The position numbers and the translations under genes were made by a program. Shown here piece by piece: positions 1-6,099 of a stretch of DNA of 13,459 bases. The DNA is from Candidatus Micrarchaeota archaeon (GTDB lineage: Archaea > Micrarchaeota > Micrarchaeia > Anstonellales > Bilamarchaeaceae), in contig JBDRIM010000020.1 of the NCBI GenBank assembly GCA_043816005.1, positions 1 to 13,459 on the forward strand. The letters run 5' to 3'. The notes under the pieces are model-generated. The model was not told where the DNA came from and made no database searches. It was given only the letters and a program-made list of their open reading frames with translations. The stretch's first letter is position 1. The number at the start of each line of letters is the position of its first letter.

Positions 1-1
1 T

Positions 2-826
2 AGTTTGAAGTTGTATGTTGGTGCAGTAAATACTGATTCAAAAACCTCAGAGATTGCAATTATTACTGATGCTATTCCATTGTCAGATGAAGGTTCTATA
101 TCCATAGGACGTATAGATGGAAATATTGTTTCATTGTCAAAAGGCGTTGTTTCAGATGAAGTTCTTGCTTCTGGAGACTCAATTTCAGTTTCAGGGTCGT
201 CTATCGAATATACAATGTCTTACGATGGCACTGATATTGGTCCAGAAGATCGCATCAACATAACTATGACCCATCAAACTTCAGTTACATTACCTATTCA
301 AGGTGCTGGCGAACAAACGTTTGCTGGTCATTCAATTTCGTTGTCTGCTGAAGAAGGTAGCTTTGAAATATCTGGTGTAACATCTGGTTCATTAGTTTAC
401 CTACCAGGTACAAATAGGTTATTTGTTAGACTTGCAAGTGGCAATTATACTGAAGCTACTGGCAGTGATGCAGGACAATTCTTTGCAACAGCAGGAACTG
501 CAAATGTTGTATTAACCAATGAAGGTGACATGCAATATGTTGTTTTCCAGGAACATTCCGGTAGTGTGGCAGGAGATCCAAGATTTAGTGATGGCGGAAG
601 AACGTCCTATCTCGTAATTGCTAGTGATGGGGCGTCTTTCCAGTATCCTGTGGCTTATGATTCTGGTGCAGTTACATCAAATGATACACCAACCGTGGTT
701 TCTGTTGGACACACAACTCAAAATTGTTCTGTACTTACAAGTTTCACACCAGAAACTGTTACGCTCTCAATGACTGACGGCGTATGCACTGCAACAGTTC
801 AAATGACCGTAAATGTTTGTGATTAA
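2..826 (+). CDS. C-terminal part of a large Ser/Thr/Gly-rich, beta-rich putative secreted/surface protein (5'-truncated by window)
   Basis: Frame is open from position 2 (AGT TTG AAG...) to TAA 824-826, so TTG at 5 is probably not the real start. Acidic, very low Lys, S/T/G/V-rich composition; three Cys near the C-terminus; no recognisable catalytic motif. Confidence 0.7.
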   Translation, partial: SLKLYVGAVNTDSKTSEIAIITDAIPLSDEGSISIGRIDGNIVSLSKGVVSDEVLASGDSISVSGSSIEYTMSYDGTDIGPEDRINITMTHQTSVTLPIQGAGEQTFAGHSISLSAEEGSFEISGVTSGSLVYLPGTNRLFVRLASGNYTEATGSDAGQFFATAGTANVVLTNEGDMQYVVFQEHSGSVAGDPRFSDGGRTSYLVIASDGASFQYPVAYDSGAVTSNDTPTVVSVGHTTQNCSVLTSFTPETVTLSMTDGVCTATVQMTVNVCD

Positions 827-1263
827 TTTTTATTTTTTACTGTACAATTTTTTGTTGAATTATAAAGAGAAAATATCAATAACGCCACACTCAAAAATCC
901 AAAATACCAAGCCAATTCAGTGAGGAATGCGGTTGTTGATCCGAAACCAAAATAAAATAGCCATATTGGTTGACAAATGGGACAGCTACTTGTGAATAAT
1001 GCAACTACTGCACCAAGTGCTGTTGTAGCTGGAGAAATCTTATTCTTTACGTCGTATTTATACAATAAAACAGTAATATTTAGAGCAATTAGAATGCTTA
1101 TTATACCTATAAGAAGAACGCGTCCAGTATCTACAAATGGATTTATGCTTAGTGTGCCAAGTACAATTATATCTGATGTTATTGAGAAAACTGCTAAAGT
1201 TATTACAAATAAAATAAAGAAAATAGCACTATACTTTGTCTTAGAAAGGATTGTTAGTATGAT
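823..1263 (-). CDS. 4-TM membrane protein with CxxC motif (MerT/MerC-like C-terminal half); start codon uncertain
   Basis: The listed 80-aa ORF (TTG 1065) extends with no stop up to 1263, adding two hydrophobic helices (IILTILSKTKYSAIFFILFVITLAVFSI...RVLLIGIISILIALNITVLL); 146 aa total. Contains GAVVALFTSSCPICQP. No ATG/GTG/TTG in the extension. Confidence 0.7.
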   Translation of the reverse strand: MILTILSKTKYSAIFFILFVITLAVFSITSDIIVLGTLSINPFVDTGRVLLIGIISILIALNITVLLYKYDVKNKISPATTALGAVVALFTSSCPICQPIWLFYFGFGSTTAFLTELAWYFGFLSVALLIFSLYNSTKNCTVKNKN

Positions 1264-1743
1264 TTAACCACCACATCCACATCCCCCCGCTCCACATGTA
1301 TGTTTTGCGGGTAGCACTTCTTGTGTGGCAGGAACACTACCATCTTCGTCTTCAACTATAAATTTTCCAACTCCCATACCCATCGAACAAGTAATACTAT
1401 AAGTTCCTGGTTTGTCTGCAATAAATTCTATTACATTGTCCCCTGGCAACATTCGTTTTGAAACGCCATATCCATTAATGACGACGGTTTGCATGCATCC
1501 AGTTAGAGTAGTTGTATCACCGATCAAAGTAATCTTCGTACCAACTTTCGTCCTGATTTCATTCGGTATGTAATATCCATTCGATGCTAATGCAAGATTA
1601 ACTGTTTGTTCTGCTCCATAATTCTGGGTATCACTTGGGTCCAGAGTAGGGCTGGTTCCAACAGATGTTTCTGCACTTGCAAAAACAATTCCTAGAGTAG
1701 CCATCACAACTACAATTCCAACAACTATCATAATTTTGTTCAT
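1264..1743 (-). CDS. Signal-peptide/membrane-anchored cupredoxin-domain protein (CupA-like) with C-terminal Cys-Gly tail
   Basis: ATG 1743 preceded by AGGCGG, just after the copA stop. N-terminal hydrophobic helix; Y-x-PNEI..VG..I, GC, IEF....PGTYSITCSMGM motif; tail HTCGAGGCGCGG. 159 aa. Confidence 0.85.
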   Translation of the reverse strand: MNKIMIVVGIVVVMATLGIVFASAETSVGTSPTLDPSDTQNYGAEQTVNLALASNGYYIPNEIRTKVGTKITLIGDTTTLTGCMQTVVINGYGVSKRMLPGDNVIEFIADKPGTYSITCSMGMGVGKFIVEDEDGSVPATQEVLPAKHTCGAGGCGCGG

Positions 1744-1751
1744 AAAACCGC

Positions 1752-3905
1752 CTAAATTTTTGCCCATTTGAGTGTTAATGCACTTGCAACCACTGAGACG
1801 CTTGAGAGCGCCATTGCACCACCTGCGATCATTGGTGAAAGCAAAATCCCATAAGTTGGGTATAACAAACCTGCTGCAATTGGTATACCTAGAATGTTAT
1901 AAAACAACGCCCAGAACATATTCTGTTTTATTTTGTTTATTGTTGCACGTCCGAGTCTTATTGCCCGTACAGCGTCCATTGGGTCACTTCTCATCAATAC
2001 TACTGATCCTGTTTCCATTGCTACATCTGTTCCGCTTCCTATAGCAATACCTATATCAGCCTGAGCAAGTGCTGGAGCATCATTAATGCCGTCTCCCACC
2101 ATAACCACTTTCTTACCTTCACTCTGTAATCTTTTCACATATTCAGCTTTCTGCTGTGGAAGAACCTCTGCAAATATCTTTTCGATACCTGCAGTTTTTG
2201 CAATAGCCTCTGCTGTTCTCTTGTTATCACCAGTTATCAGCCATGGTTCGATTCCTAATTTTTTCAATTCTTTTATCGCTTCAACACTTGTTTGCCTCAA
2301 AGTATCAGCAACTCCGAAAATCGCTATTATTTTTTTATTCGCACGTAACAGCATCACCGTTTTACCTTCACTCTGAAGTTTCACGACTATCTGTTGTATT
2401 TTTTCAGTTTCGTTTCCTTCAGGCTTTCCAAGATATATTATTACCTTGCCTAATTTTCCTTCTACACCATGTCCTGGTATTGCTCTGAAATGTGTAATCT
2501 TATGGAGTTTTGCACCATTGGTCTTTGCATATTCGGTTATGGCGTCAGCAAGCGGATGCTCTGAGTTATTTTCAACTGCCCATGCAGTACTAAGAATCTC
2601 AGTTTTTTTCATATTGCCAATTATTAAGAGATCTGTGACCTTTGGTTTTCCCTCAGTTATAGTTCCTGTTTTGTCAAATACCATTGCATTTATTTTGTGC
2701 ATGGTTTCAAGTGCTTCTGCATTCTTGATCAAAATGCCTTTTTGTGCACCAATGCCAGTTCCAACCATAATTGCAGTTGGAGTAGCAAGTCCTAATGCAC
2801 ATGGACATGCTATAACGAGCACTGAAACTGCGATTACAAGTGCAAATGAGAATGTCTGGCCAAGAACAAAATACCAAATTGCAAATGATAGAACTGCAAT
2901 CAATATAACTACTGGAACAAAGACTGCGCTTATAGCATCGGCAAATCGTTGTATTGTTGCTTTACTTCCCTGTGCATCTTCAACTAATTTAACAATCTGC
3001 GAAAGCACAGTGTCCTGTCCAACTTTTTCAGCTTTAAATCTGAATGATCCATGTTTGTTAATCGATCCTCCGATTACTTTTGATTTTATGTTTTTCTCAA
3101 CAGGGATACTTTCCCCAGTTATCATGCTTTCATCTACTGCAGATCTACCTTCGACAATTGTTCCATCAACTGGTATCCTTTCACCTGGTTTTACTACTAC
3201 TATATCTCCAACAATTACTTCTGCAATAGGAATCTCAATTTCTTTCTTTTTTCTTATCACTATTGCTATTTTTGGTGATAACCCCATCAATTTTCTTATT
3301 GCATCAGAAGTTCTGCCCTTTGCTATTGCTTCGAGGTATTTTCCAAGAATAACCAAGGTTATGAGCACTGCAGAAGTTTCAAAATATTGTTCTTCAACAA
3401 ATCCAAACAATGCCGTAACACTGTAGAAATAAGCAGCACTTGTTCCTACTGCAATAAGCGTATCCATACTCGCAGTTTTATTTCTAAATGCGCTCCAAGC
3501 CCCCAAATAGAATCCTCTTCCGATTATAAATTGAACTGGTGTTGACAGGAGAAAAAGGACGAGCACCCTATAAGGAAAGTCCATTAAGAACATCCCGATT
3601 ATGAAGGCAGGTAAAGCAAAAATGAAACTGGTGAGAAATAGTCCTTTAAGGTCCGCTATTTCCTTTTCACGCAGTTGTTTTTCTCGTTCCCTATCAACAC
3701 CTACTGTGGCCTTATATCCCTTAGAGTTAACTACTGCAACAAGTTCGTTCTCGCTAGTTTTAGTCTCGTCAAATTCAACAATTGCTTTAGCTGCTGCATA
3801 ATTAACATTTGCAGATTTCACTCCAGTTGTTTTTTGCAATGCTCGTGTAATCAAAACTGAACACGACGCGCAATGCATTCCATTTATTGATAATTCAATT
3901 TTCAT
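1752..3905 (-). CDS. copA: Cu(I)-translocating P1B-1 ATPase
   Basis: N-terminal HMA GMHCASC; TGES; CPCALGLA; DKTGT phosphorylation site; SEHPLA; TGDN; GDGINDAP; P1B-1 signatures YN....P and MALSS. ATG 3905 preceded by GAGTGA is preferred over TTG 3917. Confidence 0.97.
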   Translation of the reverse strand: MKIELSINGMHCASCSVLITRALQKTTGVKSANVNYAAAKAIVEFDETKTSENELVAVVNSKGYKATVGVDREREKQLREKEIADLKGLFLTSFIFALPAFIIGMFLMDFPYRVLVLFLLSTPVQFIIGRGFYLGAWSAFRNKTASMDTLIAVGTSAAYFYSVTALFGFVEEQYFETSAVLITLVILGKYLEAIAKGRTSDAIRKLMGLSPKIAIVIRKKKEIEIPIAEVIVGDIVVVKPGERIPVDGTIVEGRSAVDESMITGESIPVEKNIKSKVIGGSINKHGSFRFKAEKVGQDTVLSQIVKLVEDAQGSKATIQRFADAISAVFVPVVILIAVLSFAIWYFVLGQTFSFALVIAVSVLVIACPCALGLATPTAIMVGTGIGAQKGILIKNAEALETMHKINAMVFDKTGTITEGKPKVTDLLIIGNMKKTEILSTAWAVENNSEHPLADAITEYAKTNGAKLHKITHFRAIPGHGVEGKLGKVIIYLGKPEGNETEKIQQIVVKLQSEGKTVMLLRANKKIIAIFGVADTLRQTSVEAIKELKKLGIEPWLITGDNKRTAEAIAKTAGIEKIFAEVLPQQKAEYVKRLQSEGKKVVMVGDGINDAPALAQADIGIAIGSGTDVAMETGSVVLMRSDPMDAVRAIRLGRATINKIKQNMFWALFYNILGIPIAAGLLYPTYGILLSPMIAGGAMALSSVSVVASALTLKWAKI

Positions 3906-3913
3906 GATATCAC

Positions 3914-4834
3914 TCAAGGATAGATCAATCCATTCTTAGGGCCGTACATCATAATCACAGCCATAAGAATGGTCACAGCTAGTGCAACTAGAAAGAAGGT
4001 GGCAAATTTGACTTTAAATTCTTTTATTGGTGTTTCACCTGCTTCTCTGTGCATCATATAACTTAGGCCTCCGATCATCACTGCGCATAATCCAAAAAGT
4101 ATGTACAAGAACAATATCATGTTATCATTTATCATCATAACAGAAAGCATTGCACCCATAGTACCAGCCATTATCCCTGCCATGATGCCTTCCATAGCGC
4201 CCATGATCCCACTATGTTTTCCAAGTGCTAATCCTGGTGCGATTCCAAATACCATTCCAATGATGGATCCTAGGAACATACCGTTTGTTGCACCTACAAG
4301 TGCACCTGCTAAAAATCCACTCATCATACCAACAGTCATTCCTACCATCATTCCGTTGGAGCAATTCATATTTTTCCAATAACATTTTATGTGATAATAA
4401 GAAAACAAAATCATATTGACTCCGCCGTAAAGAAGTACGAATAGTAGCATGTAAGGTCTAACTGTTTGAAAGCTTGCCGGGTACACAATAAAGAAAATTG
4501 CAGTTAATATCATCATCAATGCGCCTGAACCAATCACATATTCAGCCAAACGAGATTCAACTGCTGTTTGTGGTTTACCTTGGAATATATTTGATATATA
4601 TTCAATAACTCGTTCTGGTCTGCCTCGTTGATGATCATTTTTTTCAGCAAATCCTTTCTCTGCAAGTTTTTGTTTGATCTCTTCTAATCTGTTTTCATCG
4701 CATCTTAGTTTGACTTTACCTTCACTTGCATTTATCTCACATAATTCTCCTCCCTGTTGTGTTATTGCCCGTTCTACCAAGGTTTCACATGAGCCACATG
4801 TCATTCCCTTTAATTTTAGTTCATACTCGTTCAT
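3914..4834 (-). CDS. HMA-domain fused to a Met/Gly-rich polytopic membrane domain (putative copper transporter/binding protein)
   Basis: GMTCGSC at the N-terminus; about 7 hydrophobic segments; 29 Met in 306 aa; GMMVGMTVGMM and MEGIMAGIMAGTMGAM periodic motifs; ATGA overlap with copZ at 4831-4834. Confidence 0.85.
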   Translation of the reverse strand: MNEYELKLKGMTCGSCETLVERAITQQGGELCEINASEGKVKLRCDENRLEEIKQKLAEKGFAEKNDHQRGRPERVIEYISNIFQGKPQTAVESRLAEYVIGSGALMMILTAIFFIVYPASFQTVRPYMLLFVLLYGGVNMILFSYYHIKCYWKNMNCSNGMMVGMTVGMMSGFLAGALVGATNGMFLGSIIGMVFGIAPGLALGKHSGIMGAMEGIMAGIMAGTMGAMLSVMMINDNMILFLYILFGLCAVMIGGLSYMMHREAGETPIKEFKVKFATFFLVALAVTILMAVIMMYGPKNGLIYP

Positions 4835-5034
4835 TGCAACACCAAATATCCATTTTTCTTTATCTCATCTTTTACTAATTTCACCACGTGTTCATTTTCA
4901 TAATCAAATTTTACTGTTCCTTTTGCTTGACTTATTTCTACATTCGTAACTCCGTTTATTTCTGAAAGTACATCTGTGAGTAATAACTCACATGATTTAC
5001 AGTGCATTCCGTTTACTTTCAATAATTTTCCCAT
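4831..5034 (-). CDS. copZ: Copper chaperone, standalone HMA domain
   Basis: 67 aa, GMHCKSC motif, C-terminal I...GY; SD GGTGA 4 nt upstream of ATG; located in the copA cluster. Confidence 0.9.
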   Translation of the reverse strand: MGKLLKVNGMHCKSCELLLTDVLSEINGVTNVEISQAKGTVKFDYENEHVVKLVKDEIKKNGYLVLQ

Positions 5035-5044
5035 TAAATCACCT

Positions 5045-5551
5045 TTACTCTACTATTAATTTACCGCCTTGCCACATACGCATGCCACAGTTGTATTCAT
5101 ACGTTCCTTTTTGGGTCGGAGTAAATTCTATTATTCCCTCTTGTCCGTTTCTTGAAACTGTATTTTTATTCAAGCCATAAAGTACAAGGTAGCTTCCACA
5201 CCCAACATTTCCTTGAGTAGTAAAATGCAGTCTAACGGGAATCCCGTTTTTTACTCTCACTTCTTTTTTATCATATGTGCCATTTGGCAATGCCTTTATG
5301 TAAATCTCTTGAACTTCTTGGCTATTACCCTGTTGCTGACCGTCACCTTGCGGTTGGTTGTCATTCGCTTGTTGGGTTGCTTGCCCATTATCAGGTGGAC
5401 TTTGGGGGATGGAGTTGTCTTCAACTCCTATTTGGCTCTTACTTGGTGTCGAGGCCGTACCAAATACTATGTACCCGCCCACAAGAACTGCAACAAACAA
5501 ACCAACAAACAAATATACTGTTGTTTTTTGAATTTGAATACCATTATTCAC
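5045..5551 (-). CDS. Membrane-anchored cupredoxin-domain protein (CupA-like) with Gln/Asn/Pro-rich linker
   Basis: GTG 5551 with GGTGA 4 nt upstream; TM helix VYLFVGLFVAVLVGGYIVF; low-complexity linker; V..G.PV.L.F, GC, IEFTPTQKGTYEYNCGMRM. Confidence 0.85.
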   Translation of the reverse strand: MNNGIQIQKTTVYLFVGLFVAVLVGGYIVFGTASTPSKSQIGVEDNSIPQSPPDNGQATQQANDNQPQGDGQQQGNSQEVQEIYIKALPNGTYDKKEVRVKNGIPVRLHFTTQGNVGCGSYLVLYGLNKNTVSRNGQEGIIEFTPTQKGTYEYNCGMRMWQGGKLIVE

Positions 5552-5560
5552 AATTTCACC

Positions 5561-5606
5561 ATTGTTTCATTTGGCTGAAACAATATATATTAAATAATGA
5601 AACAAT
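5561..5606. promoter_or_regulatory. Divergent promoter with putative operator: 9-6-9 inverted repeat, third half-site and central TATA-like element
   Basis: ATTGTTTCA (5561-5569) - TTTGGC - TGAAACAAT (5576-5584); second TGAAACAAT at 5598-5606; TATATATTAAATA at 5584-5596; all within a 68-bp divergent spacer. Confidence 0.75.
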
Positions 5607-5619
5607 CCATTTACACCTC

Positions 5620-6099
5620 ATGGAGATCAGAAAAAAGATTATAATTGGTTTGTTCGTCGTGTCTACATTCATTTTCCTCACCACTGCTCTTGCTTTTGTA
5701 TTTGCACTTTATTCTCAGGGCCAGGAAATACCTGAAATTCTTAGTCCATTCATCCACAACCACATTGAATTTATGGTGCTTATGGGTGTTTTTGGATTAC
5801 TTTCTGGTCTTATTGTATACAGTATTATGACACAAACGTTGGAGAAACAAAAACATATTGTCAAGACAAATATTGGCATTATTATGAAGTTCCTAAGTCA
5901 TGATGAAAGAGAAATCGTTCAATTGCTTATGAGCAAAGAAGGCATGTCCACACAAAGTGAAATAGCAAAACTTCCTGGGATGAGTCGTCTTAAAGCGCAT
6001 CGCATAACTAGGAAATTAGAAGGCCGTGGTATAATTCACGTAGAAAAATATGGGAAAATAAATATGATCAGAATTGTTGAAGAACTTAAGAATATCTAA
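5620..6099 (+). CDS. Membrane-anchored (2 TM) winged-HTH transcriptional regulator
   Basis: Likely start is ATG 5620 (MEIRKKII...), because the longer ORF overlaps the cupredoxin gene antisense. Two TM helices, then L..DEREIV..L....G..TQSEIAK..GMSRLKAHR..RKLE.RGII.VEKYGK.N.I, the wHTH pattern of COG2512-like membrane-associated regulators. 159 aa. Confidence 0.85.
   Translation: MEIRKKIIIGLFVVSTFIFLTTALAFVFALYSQGQEIPEILSPFIHNHIEFMVLMGVFGLLSGLIVYSIMTQTLEKQKHIVKTNIGIIMKFLSHDEREIVQLLMSKEGMSTQSEIAKLPGMSRLKAHRITRKLEGRGIIHVEKYGKINMIRIVEELKNI

Noticed and set aside
125..154. ATTGTTTCATT (125-135) and TTGTTTCA (147-154), matching the putative operator half-site
   Set aside because: Inside a CDS, explained by repeated Val-Ser codons GTT TCA; no inverted partner or nearby promoter.
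977..1267. 96-aa plus-strand ORF
   Set aside because: Antisense shadow of the extended minus-strand membrane protein frame (823-1263), which has better motif and operon support.
1772..3860. Plus-strand ORFs inside copA, including the 326-aa ORF 2446-3426
   Set aside because: Antisense shadows of a strongly conserved gene; no motifs or SD.
5548..5570. Mini-ORFs on the minus strand: ATG GTG AAA TTG TGA (5562-5548, overlapping the GTG start) and ATG AAA CAA TGG TGA (5570-5556)
   Set aside because: Four-codon ORFs arise by chance from the SD and operator sequences; no independent support for a leader peptide.
4101..5578. Plus-strand ORFs 4101-4382, 4674-4949, 4992-5180, 5213-5578
   Set aside because: Antisense to well-supported copper genes.
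5275..5619. 115-codon N-terminal extension of the regulator ORF
   Set aside because: Overlaps the cupredoxin gene antisense and runs through the promoter/operator; ATG 5620 fits TATA spacing and TM topology.
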